Assembly (NCBI RefSeq): GCF_009914755.1
Contig: NC_060941.1
From: the human T2T-CHM13v2.0 reference genome, Homo sapiens
Length of the DNA: 64,000 bases
Reading direction: 5' to 3' (one strand)
A program made the translations under genes and the position numbers. The notes under the pieces are model-generated. The model saw nothing but the letters and a program-made list of their open reading frames with translations. It had not been told where the DNA came from and did no database searches. Below are positions 1 to 10,917 of this stretch, in pieces. Every line of letters begins with the position of its first letter. Within the stretch, counting starts at the first letter, position 1.

Positions 1-299
1 AGCCTGTTACACTGCAGATTCTTGGATCATGTCAGATAATCATAGCTTCAGCCACTGGATTAGTCATATCATGAATTTCATAATCACCATATAATTGACA
101 CAGGCCTTTAAACAGTCATTTCTCCTGGAAGCCAGTTTATTGCTGGAATTAAATGAACTGTCACTCTCTGCAGAAAATGGAACAAACTTTTCACTTGGCT
201 CACCTTGGCAGTAATCAGGAGATTTCTAGGAATTAGCAACAATCCTCGCCAAGCTGTCCAAGTGGTAACAAGCAGATTGCCCTTAAGAATGCAAAGGTT

Positions 300-1851
300 C
301 ATACTGCCCAAAGTAATTTATAGATTCAATGCTATCCCCATCAAGCTACCACTGACTTTCTTCACATAATTAGAAAAAACTACTTTAAACTTCATATGGA
401 ACCAAAAAAGAGCCCACATAGCCAAGACAATCCTAAGCAAAAAGAAAAAAGCTGGAGGCATCATGCTACCTGAATTCAAACTATACTACAAGGCTACAGT
501 AACCAAAACAGCATGGTTCTGGTACCAAAACAGATATATAGACGAATGGGACAAAACAGAGGCCTCAGAAATAACACCACACATGTACAACCATCTGATC
601 TTTGACAAACCTGACAAAAACAAGCAATGGGGAAAGGATTCCCTATTTAATACATGGTGTTGGGAAAACTGGCTAGCCTTACACCTTATACAAAAATTAA
701 CTCAAGATGGATTAAAGACTTAAATGTTAGACCTAAAACCATAAAAACCCTAGAAGAAAACTTAGGCAATACCATTCAGGACATAGGCAAGGGCAAAGAC
801 TTCACAACTAAAACACCAAAAGCAATGCCAATGCAAGCCAAAACTGACAAATGGGATTTAATTAAACTAAAGAGCTTCTGCACAGCAAAAGAAACTATCA
901 TCAGAGTGAACAGGCAACCTACAGAATGGGAGAAAATTTTTGCAATCTCTCCATCTGACAAAGAGCTAATATCCAGAATCTACAAAGGACTTAAACAAAC
1001 TTACAAGAAAAAAACAAACAACCCCATCAAAAAGTGGGCAAAGGATATGAACAGACACTTCTCAAAAGAAGACATTTATGCAGCCAACAAACATGAAAAA
1101 AAGCTCATCATCACTGGTCATTAGAGAAATGCAAATCAAAACTGCAATGAGATACCATCTCACACCAGTTAGAATGGTGATCATTAAAAAGTCAGGAAAC
1201 AACAGGTGCTGGAGAGGATGTGGGGAAATAGGAACACATTTGCACTGTTGGTGGGAGTGTAAATTAGTTCAACCATTGTGGAAGACAGTGTGGCAATTCC
1301 TCAAGAATCTAGATCCAGAAATACCATTTGATGCAGCAATCCCATTACTGGGTATATACTCAAAGGATTATAAATCATTCTGCTATAAAGACACATGAAC
1401 ATGTATGTTTATTTTTGGCACTACTCATAATAGCAAAGACTTGGAACCAACCCAAATGCCTGTCAATGATAGACTGGATAAAGAAAATGTGGCACATATG
1501 CACCATGGAATTCTATGCAGCCATAAAAAGGATGAGTTCATGTCCTTTGCAGGGACATGGATGAAGCTGGAAACCATCATTCTCAGCAAACTAACACAAG
1601 AACAGAAAACCAAATGCTCCATGTTCTCACTCATAAGTGGGAGTTGAACAATGAGAACACACGGACACAGGGAGAGGAACATCACACACTGTGGCCTGTC
1701 ATGGGGTCGGGGGCTGGGGTAGGGATAGCATTAAGACAAATGCCTAATGTAGATGACGGGTTGATAGGTGCAGCAAACAACCATGGCTTGTGTATACCTA
1801 TGTAATAAACCTGTAAGTTCTGCACATGTACCTTCAAACTTAAAGTATTAA
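300..1851 (+). mobile_element. 5'-truncated L1PA (about L1PA7-like): 3' part of ORF2 (frameshifted) plus 3'UTR
   Basis: L1 ORF2 peptides ([36 protein letters not shown]), 3'UTR and short A tail; TSD AAGAATGCAAAGGTT 285-299 vs AAAAATGCAAAGGTT 1852-1866 at a TT/AAGA site. Confidence 0.95.
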
Positions 1852-2024
1852 AAAAATGCAAAGGTTATCTCTCCAAGTTGGAGCCCAGAGCAAAGGTAAA
1901 GGAGAAAGTATTTAATGTCCAGGCTGTTAAGTAACTAAATGATTTTACTGTATGTATTTCCACTGCATAAACACCAACATTTAATTAACCCATTACACAG
2001 CTCAGGCACATCTAACTCTAGCTT

Positions 2025-2164
2025 GGACTCTGGGGCCAGAAGGACTGTTCAAATCCCAGCTTGGCCACTTACTGACAGTGTGATCTTTGGCAGATGGGCC
2101 TAACAGGGGTGCATGTTCCATAGGAATGTTGTGATGATTAAAAGCAGATGAAATTCACATGGCA
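2025..2164 (+). mobile_element. MIR fragment (host of the SVA composite insertion)
   Basis: MIR-like motifs TTCAAATCCCAGCT..CCACTTACT..GTTGTGATGATTAAA. Confidence 0.6.
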
Positions 2165-2702
2165 GGCAGGCGCCCACCGCCGGCGGTGATGCGGCTGTGA
2201 AGCCCTAGTCGCTCTCAGCAACCAGACAAGTGCCTTGCCCATCACAGACACCAAGGGATGAATGAAAGAAAAAGACTCAGACGCTTAAATCAAACAGAAG
2301 TTCACATGATCTCAAATGGGAGCGAAGAGAAGGATTTGGAGTCTGTCCTGTGCACAGGACAAAGGAAGGCTTGACATCTTTCCCTTCCCTACAAGAGGCT
2401 CCTCCCCTCAGGTGCATCTTCTCTGAAATCTGAAAATGCCGATGTGCATGCTGGCGGTTTCAAGTTCATTAGTTCCATTCTGAGGCTTTATCAGGGCCTC
2501 TTCTACCGCTATTCCACTTCCTAAATGGGAAGTATCATATGCTTTCTCCCTGCTTCCCTCCCTCCCCTCCCTTCCCTTCCCTCAGTCCTTTCCCTCTGTC
2601 ATTTTCTGTTTCACAATTGAAAACAGAGCTGTGTAAAATAAGTCATATTCAGATAGAACCCAATTGGGCTGAATTTGACCACATGTAATTTTGAAGCCAG
2701 TG

Positions 2703-3013
2703 TTTTTTTTTTTTATTATTACTTTTTTTAAAGACAGGGTCCCACTCTGTTACCCAGACAAGAGTGCAGTTGGCCTCATCATAGCTCGCAGCAGCCTCCA
2801 CCTCCTGGGCTCAGGCAATCCTCCTGCCTCAGCCTCCTGAGTATCTGGGACTACAGGCATGCACCACCAGGCCCAGCTAAGTTTTGTGTTTTTTATAGAA
2901 ACAGGCTCTTGCTTTGTTGCCCAGGCTGGTCTGAAACTCCTGGCTTTAGCTGATCCTCCTGCCTCGGCCTCCCAAAATTCTGGGATTACAGGCGTGAGCC
3001 ACTATGCCTAGCC
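2703..3013 (-). mobile_element. AluJ-like element (inside the transduced segment)
   Basis: Antisense Alu dimer with T-rich tail and J-type motifs (ATCATAGCTC, CTGGGCTCA). Confidence 0.9.
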
Positions 3014-3656
3014 TACTGCTTTTATCTTTAATAGCAACATGTCTGAGCAGTGGAGGAAGGTAGGACTAGAAAGACTTCCCCTCCTCACTGCAAAAGGAAC
3101 CAATGACAAGGGCAAGTTTACTTGTTTTAGTTCTGCAGAGGTATAGCATTTACTCCTGTCTAGTGCAGAGCACAGAGCTCTAAGGTCTGTGTTCAAAGAA
3201 TCAAGTCCTACAGAATGTGTGTGTGTGTGTATTTTAATATATCTTTATATATAATATATATTTTATAAATTTTTCTTAGATGTAGTGAATATGAGAATAT
3301 AAGTCCAGAAAAACCCTGTTTATAAAATTTGCTGTGTTTCCCAGAGACTTTCAAGAATCCAGGCCAAATTGGCTTAGGGAAGGAGTCTTCCTGAGAGTTA
3401 CAGAAGGACTCTAGAAATCTCTGTTTTGGTGATGATTGTGATGTGCAATTGTAGACTTTATTTTGCAGTGCCTTGGTAACTAGAGATTTCTTCTGCATAG
3501 TCCCATCTTGGTTTTGTCTGTTTCCACTGCATAGAATTTCTGGCTACTGCTGAACATACACATGCCAATCAGTTAGGGGAAAAATCACCCATTATATTGT
3601 GAGAAACTAATGCAGAAGTAGATTTGCAACTTTGTCAAGTTGCGTTTTAATTTCCC

Positions 3657-3796
3657 TTTTTTGAAGAGACAGCCTCTCGCTGTGTCGCCCAGGCTGGAGT
3701 GTAGTGGTGCTCAGCCTCAAACTCCTCAGCTCAAGTGATCCTCCCACCTTGGCCTCCCAAAGTGCCGGGACTACGGGTGGAGCCACCACACCCAAT
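3657..3796 (-). mobile_element. Alu monomer-length or internally deleted Alu (inside the transduced segment)
   Basis: GAGACAG..CCCAGGCTGGAGTG joined to CTCAAGTGATCCTCCCACCTTGGCCTCCCAAAGTG. Confidence 0.85.
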
Positions 3797-3874
3797 CTTA
3801 ATTTCCTTCTTCCTGGCAGGGTGAAAACATGCAAATCAGTCTGGAATTAGTTAAAAAGTAAAAGATATGGGAAA

Positions 3875-4070
3875 CTCTGCCCGTCTCCCTCTCCCGTCTC
3901 CCTCTCCCTCTCCCGTCTCCCTCACCCTCTCCCGTCTCCCTCTGCCTCTCCCGTCTCCCTCTCCCTCTCCCGTCTCCCTCTCCCTCTCCCTCTCCCGTCT
4001 CCCTCTCCCTCTCCCGTCTCCCTCTCCCTCTCCCGTCTCCCTCTCCCTCTCCCGTCTCCCTCTCCCTCTC
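3875..4070 (+). repeat. SVA hexamer/heptamer repeat (CCCTCT and CCCGTCT mixture)
   Basis: Directly visible tandem array of ~196 bp. Confidence 0.97.
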
Positions 4071-4429
4071 ATGCCGAGCCAAAGCTGGACGGTACTGCTG
4101 CCATCTCGGCTCACTGCGACCTCCCTGCCTGATTCTCCTGCCTCAGCCTGCCGAGTGCCTGCGATTGCAGGCGCGCGCCGCCACGCCTGACTGGTTTTCG
4201 TTTTTTTTTGGTGGAGATGGGGTTTCGCTGTGTTGGCCGGGCTGGTCTCCAGCTCCTGGCCGCGAGTGATCCGCCAGCCTCGGCCTCCCGAGGTGCCGGG
4301 ATTGCAGATGGAGTCTCGTTCACTCAGTGCTCAATGGTGCCCAGGCTGGAGTGCAGTGGCGTGATCTCGGCTCGCTGCAGCCACCTCCCAGCCGCCTGCC
4401 TTGGCCTCCCGGAGAGCCGAGATTGCAGC

Positions 4430-5890
4430 CTCTGCCCGGCCGCCACCCCGTCTGGGAAGTGAGGAGCGTCTCTGCTTGGCCACCCATCGTCTGGGATATG
4501 AGGAGCCCCTCTGCCTGGCTGCCCAGTGTGGAAAGTGAGGAGCGTCTCTGCCCGGCCGCCATCCCATCTAGGAGGCGAGAAGCGCCTCTTCCCCGCCGCC
4601 ATCCCATCTAGGAAGTGAGGAGCGTCTCTGCCCGGCCGCCCATCGTCTGAGATGTGGGGAGCACCTCTGCCCCGCCGCCCTGTCTGGGATGTGAGGAGCG
4701 CCTCTGCTGGGCCGCAACCCTGTCTCGGAGGTGAGGAGTGTCTCTGCCCGGCCGCTCCGTCTGAGAAGTGAGGAAACCCTCTGCCTGGCAACCGCCCCGT
4801 CTGAGAAGTGAGGAGCCCCTCCGTCTGGCAACCACCCCGTCTGGGAAGTGAGGAGCGTCTCCGCCCGGCAGCCACCCCGTCCGGGAGGGAGGTGGGGGGG
4901 GTCAGCCCCCCGCCCGGCCAGCCGCCCCGTCCGGGAGGTGAGGGGCTCCTCTGCCCGGCCGCCCCTACTGGGAAGTGAGGAGCCCCTCTGCCCGGCCAGC
5001 CGCCCCGTCCGGGAGGGAGGCGGGGGGGGGGGGGGTCGGCCAGCCGCCCCGGCCGGGAGGTGAGGGGCTCCTCTGCCCGGCCGCCCCTACTGGGAAGTGA
5101 GGAGCCCCTCTGCCCGGCCAGCCGCCCCGCCCAGGAGGGAGGTGGGGGGGTCAGCCCCCCGCCTGGCCAGCCGCCCCATCCGGGAGGGAGGTGGGGGGGT
5201 CAGCCCCCCGCCCGGCCAGCCGCCTCGTCCGGGAGGGGGGAGGGGGGGTCAGCCCCCTGCCCGGCCAGCCGCCCCGTCCGGGAGGGAGGTGGGGGGGGTC
5301 AGCCCCCCGCCCGGCCAGCCGCCCCGTCCGGGAGGGAGGTGGGGGGATCAGCCCCCTGCCTGGCCAGCCGCCCCGTCCGGGAGGTGAGGGGCGCCTCTGC
5401 CCGGCCGCCCCTACTGGGAAGTGAGGACCCCTCTGCCCGGCCAGCCGCCCCGTCCGGGAGGGAGGTGGGGGGGGTCAGCCCCCCGCCCGGCCAGCCGCCC
5501 CGTCCGGGAGGGAGGTGGGGGGATCAGCCCCCTGCCTGGCCAGCCGCCCCGTCCGGGAGGTGAGGGGCGCCTCTGCCCGGCCGCCCCTACTGGGAAGTGA
5601 GGACCCCTCTGCCCGGCCAGCCGCCCCGTCCGGGAGGGAGGTGGGGGGAACAGCCCCCCGCCCGGCCAGCCGCCCTATCCAGGAGGTGAGGGGCGCCTCT
5701 GCCCGGCCGCCCCTACTGGGAAGTGAGGAGCCCCTCTGCCTGGCCAGCCGCCCCGTCCGGGAGGGCGGAGGGGGGGTCAGCCCCCCGCCCGGCCAGCCGC
5801 CCCATCTGGGAGGTGAGGGGCACTTCTGCCGGGCCGCCCCTACTGGGAAGTGAGGAGCCCCTCTGCCCGGCCACGACCCCGTCTGGGAGG
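4430..5890 (+). repeat. SVA VNTR
   Basis: Tandem ~35-50 bp GC-rich units (GCCCGGCCAGCCGCCCCGTCCGGGAGG; CCCCTACTGGGAAGTGAGGAG). Confidence 0.95.
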
Positions 5891-7111
5891 TGTGCCCAGC
5901 GGCTCATTGGGGATGGGCCATGATGACAATGGCGGTTTTGTGGAATAGAAAGGCGGGAAGGGTGGGGAAAAAATTGAGAAATCGGATGGTTGCTGGGTCT
6001 GTGTGGATAGAAGTAGACATGGGAGACTTTTCATTTTGTTCTGTACTAAGAAAAATTCTTCTGCCTTGGGATCCTGTTGATCTGTGACCTTATCCCCAAC
6101 CCTGTGCTCTCTGAGACATGTGCTGTGTCCACTCAGGGTTAGATGGATTAAGGGCGGTGCAAGATGTGCTTTGTTGAACAGATGCTTGAGGGCAGCATGC
6201 TCGTTGAGAGTCATCACCACTCCCTAATCTTAAGTACCCAGGGACACAAACGCTGCGGAAGGCCGCAGGGTCCTCTGCCTAGGAAAACCAGAGACCTTTG
6301 TTCACTTGTTTATCTGCTGACCTTCCCTCCACTATTGTCCTATGACCCTGCCAAATCCCCCTCTGCGAGAAACACCCAAGAATGATCAATAAAAAAAAAA
6401 AAAAAAAGAATTGAAAAAAAAAAAAAAAAAAAAAAAAAAAATTCACATGGCAAATTGCATGAGTGGGACACCTCACTAAGCCTTACCTACTTTTTGTTAT
6501 TTACTATTTACTCTCACCACTCCAAATCTTCAAGCCCTATCCAGAGTCAGGTCACACTCAGAAGACACCTCAAAAAACCAGGCTACCTCTCCCTTCTTTG
6601 AAACTCAGTTTTGGAATCTTTTTGGTATTTATTTGGGTTTCCAACCTTCCAGTAACACTTTCTAACACCTAAACATAACTCTGGAGTTTGGCTTTTGATG
6701 ACATCTTCTCTTCCCCTATGTTCTAAGCAACTTTCTTTTATTTAAGAGTCTCCTCTATTTCCCTCCAACTTTTCATTCCTGGTCCTCTCTTTCCCTAATT
6801 TTCTCTCTCCAAGGCCAGAGATTGAAGAGGAAATTCCCATCAAGTTTAGAAAATGTGAAATGTGGTCAGGCTGGGGGAAGGAGAAAGGGAAGAAATCACA
6901 TCTTTATGATTCCTTTATTTTATCTCCACACACATAAATTCAGCACTTGGTAAGTAATTCCCTACCCTGTCCTGGTCTGTAATTTCTCAACCTTCTTTGA
7001 ATCCCCTTTGAACAATATAAGTATTTCCTTCCATGACCCACCCCAATTTTATTCAAAACTTCAAAATAAATGGGACATCATGACTAAAAACATATTAAAA
7101 CTATGGTCACC

Positions 7112-7582
7112 TGCTGGACCCAACCCACAGATTCTGGCCAAACGATGGATGAAAGAACACACTCAAACACAGTTATCCAGTGAAAGAGTGGGCTAGTGGA
7201 CCAGGCCATGCACAGACCCCGAGGAGGGTGCTGTAAAGAGTCAGAAGCCACAGCCCTGACCAGCTGGCACTGCAGGCCTTTATTTAGAACAGATTTAATG
7301 ACAGAGGCTTTGAGTCAACACACTTGGGGATAATAAACATGGTCGCCTTCCCCAGAGAGAGCAGTCCTGTGTGCGGATGATTAAAGGCCAGTTTCTGAGG
7401 GATAAGTAAACTAACTTATCCAGATCAGTTTCTTTACATCCCCTTGTTATCTAACCCACGCTCTTAAGAGAATTCAGGTGCCTTCAGCTAAACCCCCTTC
7501 TGAAACCATGCAAACCCCTGGCCTTCCAAGAAGGTTTGCATCTTTCTACAATTTTTCCCACCACCCTGACCGATCTCCTACA
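7112..7582 (-). mobile_element. Solo LTR22 (HERV-K HML-5)
   Basis: TG...CA termini; perfect 6-bp TSD GTCACC (7106-7111, 7583-7588); minus strand begins TGTAGGAGATCGGTCAGGGTGGTGGGAAAAATT; minus-strand AATAAA near 7280. Confidence 0.9.
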
Positions 7583-7879
7583 GTCACCTTAGACTATGCC
7601 TATCCAGACTACACAAGCACCCTGAGAAATGTGAAACCTCTCCCTTGGCCCCCTCTCCAGTCCCAGGGAGTTGGCAATCACTGCCTGGGTTTAATGGTCT
7701 TCTTCAACAGAATGTGCTCTAAATTTGTGAGTTTCCTGGCCAGAGTTGGCCCTGTCGGGGTAAGCTCCTAAATCTGGTGACCATTTCTATCTGATTCTGT
7801 TTGGTTTGTGTTTCATCCAGAATAGTACCTTACATAAGCACTTACATCCGATTTTTGAAACAGATTTCTTGGCAAATAT

Positions 7880-8311
7880 TGGGTATGGTTAAGAGAATAC
7901 ATTCGGTGTCATGCCATGCACAAGACAGCTACATTTCCTGGCCTCTATGGCAATCAGGTTGGGACCAGGTTGACAAGGTTCTGGCCATTTGACAGAGGTG
8001 GATGTGATATACGCCACTTACAAACCTGTTCCCAAAATGTCCCACACTATGTTCCACACTCTTTCTTTACTAGTTGGGCAATCAGATAGAAAAGATCTAG
8101 GAGAGAACTTCAAGAAGGCTCTGGGGAGTTATGGAGCTACAAGATAGAAAGAGCCTGGATCCCTGAGTCACAGCTAGGAGGAGATTGCCCAAGAGAGCTG
8201 CCCAACTCATATTCACTGTGAGGTGAGGGAGAAATGAATCCTTGTTGCATTAAGCCACAGAGATTTGGGGGGTTCTTTGCTATAGTAGCTAGTGTTAATT
8301 AACCTAATACA
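7880..8311 (+). mobile_element. MLT1-type MaLR LTR
   Basis: GAGCCTGGATCCCTGAGTCAC..TAAGCCACAGAGATTTGGGG..CTAATACA 3' end. Confidence 0.75.
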
Positions 8312-8519
8312 TTTTTAAATTTCTTAGAATATAATAATGGCTACATAAATGTTGATTTTTATAGCTTATTGTTCTATCCACTAATATTTATTGTGTCTTA
8401 CAGGTAATATTGTATGTTTCCCACAACACCTTAGGTGGGTGCCCAGGCCTTGCTCTCTCTCACCAGAAGGCCTTTATCGATGTTGTTTTCTCTGGCTTAC
8501 CTGTTCCTTCTTCCCCTCT

Positions 8520-8830
8520 CCACATAGTCAACACTACTTATCATTAAGGTCAAAGCTCAGGCGTGCTCCTACTCATCAAAACCCTCCCTAGCTCCCTAGA
8601 CTAGATCAGTGTTCCCTATTACATGATCTCATAAATCCCTAAACATCTCCTATGGGGTACTTATGACAGTTTGTCATTGCATGACTATGTAATTCTTTGG
8701 TGAGCATCTCTCTTCCTCAACATAGAATAAGCACCAAGACTGCAGGGGCCATCTTATCCGATTCGCTGTGATATTCCCTGGGCCTAGCCCGATGCCTGGC
8801 TACAAGATGTGCTCAAAACGTATTTGACTG
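8520..8830 (+). mobile_element. L2 3' fragment
   Basis: L2 3'-end motifs (..GCCTAGCCCGATGCCTGGC..GTGCTCAAAACGTATTTG). Confidence 0.6.
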
Positions 8831-9454
8831 TACGGGTGTATCTGCACAGGATGGGCCTCACAGGCTTTCTGCCTCTTAGTGAGGTCAACTGTCAGTGTTA
8901 AATCTGGTCTTTATCTTCACAAGTTTAGAAACTTAATTTTTCATGGAAGCCCAGCACCTGGAACATGATTCCTGATAACTACACTTAGGGGATATCTACT
9001 TCCTGACTGTGAGGTCCCTGGGAAAGTAAGTTAGTGAGCATTCAGAGCACATTTGATGACTAAAGAAAGAGGATGGTTTTGAGAGGAATTCACTTCTCTT
9101 AGGCTGGAAAATTAACCTTGCTTTCTTAAAGAGTGCATGTTTCTTCTAGACATAGCTTTTTTCTCCCACCATTAGATCCATTAAAATCATGCTTAGTAAG
9201 GCCGTGGCATATAATAAGAGCTCAGTAAATATCTGAATACATATCTGTGGGTCTCACTGGTTGAATGACTGACAAATGGTCTTATGCTTTGGCTCTCCAT
9301 TTCTAGACCCCATGTAGTGATTGCCTTTTGTTACAGCATCACTTGTCCCTGGATTTCTACCATAGAAGTTTGAGAAGAACTAGTGAATGTGAGCCAGACC
9401 TACAAGATCATAAATTCCTTGCAGTTAAGAATCATCATCAAAGAGAAAAAGAAA

Positions 9455-10210
<756 letters not shown>

Positions 10211-10309
10211 CATGCACTGTGTATAGTGCATTCCAGACTGTATTCATCTTGGTATCCCTATAGCACCTGAAAATCAGCATTATACTATGCCTTCCAAACA
10301 TGTGTATAT

Positions 10310-10917
10310 AGTCAATTATTGGTTGCAAGCAGCAGAAAACAACTCTGATTATTGTAAACAGAAAAGAGATTACAAGGCCACTTTGAATTTATAAGAAGCA
10401 ACAAACAGATTATAAAAATGAAGATAGGGACAGGGTGTACAGTATAGTGACTATGACTAATAAAAATGTACTGTATATTTTAAATTTGCCTTCACGCACA
10501 TGCACACATGTACACACAGAAAGGTAACTATATGGGCAAAAAAAAAAAAAAAAAAAAAAGATACAGAGGCCCAAGAAGCAGAATACAAGATAATCATCTT
10601 TGAGCAGGAACAATCCTACCAGGATGCCTTGGCCAAATCCTTCCAGTGCACATGGATTCTAACTTTCCATTCATCTTTGCCTCACACCACACATTTATTC
10701 CAAATATAAAGTCTAGGGTGACAGCATCTGATTGGCCAGCCCTTCATTTGCCTTTGTGCTAACTAAAAGCGTGTTGGGGAAGAGGTTAGTCTCTAGACCT
10801 TCCTACTTCCCTAGAGGGAGGCGTAGCTTGCTGTGACTGACGCAGTGGGAATTTCCCCCAGATAGAGGGAAGGCATAGATGCTAGGCTGCCACAAACATT
10901 GACAAATGTCCACCACA
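10310..10917 (-). mobile_element. Ancient MLT1/LTR33-like LTR, interrupted by an L1 fragment
   Basis: TTGGTTGCAAGCAGCAGAAAAC start, TCTGATTGGCC, AAATGTCCACCACA end. Confidence 0.6.
10430..10559 (+). mobile_element. L1MA/MB 3'UTR fragment followed by A22
   Basis: TGTACAGTATAGTGACTAT..AATGTACTGTATATTTTAAATTTGC..AAGGTAACTAT. Confidence 0.65.

Larger units (their letters stand above)
2165..3874 (+). other. 5'-transduced source-locus sequence carried by the SVA
   Basis: Lies between the upstream TSD copy (2151-2164) and the SVA hexamer; the matching TSD copy follows the SVA poly(A) at 6439-6452. Confidence 0.88.
3875..6438 (+). mobile_element. Full-length SVA retrotransposon, SVA_E-like
   Basis: (CCCTCT/CCCGTCT)n 3875-4070; antisense Alu-like domain ~4071-4430 with E-type motifs (CCAAAGCTGGACGGTAC, TTTTCGTTTTTTTTTTGG); GC-rich VNTR ~4430-5890; SINE-R ~5890-6390; AATAAA 6388-6393; poly(A). 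Confidence 0.97.

Noticed and set aside
1-284. Unique sequence with a 67-aa minus-strand ORF
   Set aside because: The ORF starts inside the L1 and matches no protein I recognise
4430-5890. Regularly spaced repeats resembling a CRISPR array
   Set aside because: No unique spacers or cas genes; this is the SVA VNTR in human DNA
3860-6452. SVA lacking a TSD (insertion-mediated deletion)
   Set aside because: The TSD was found 1.7 kb upstream at 2151-2164
3798-6476. Many overlapping Pro/Arg/Gly-rich ORFs
   Set aside because: Translations of the SVA hexamer, VNTR and SINE-R; stop-poor GC repeats, not genes
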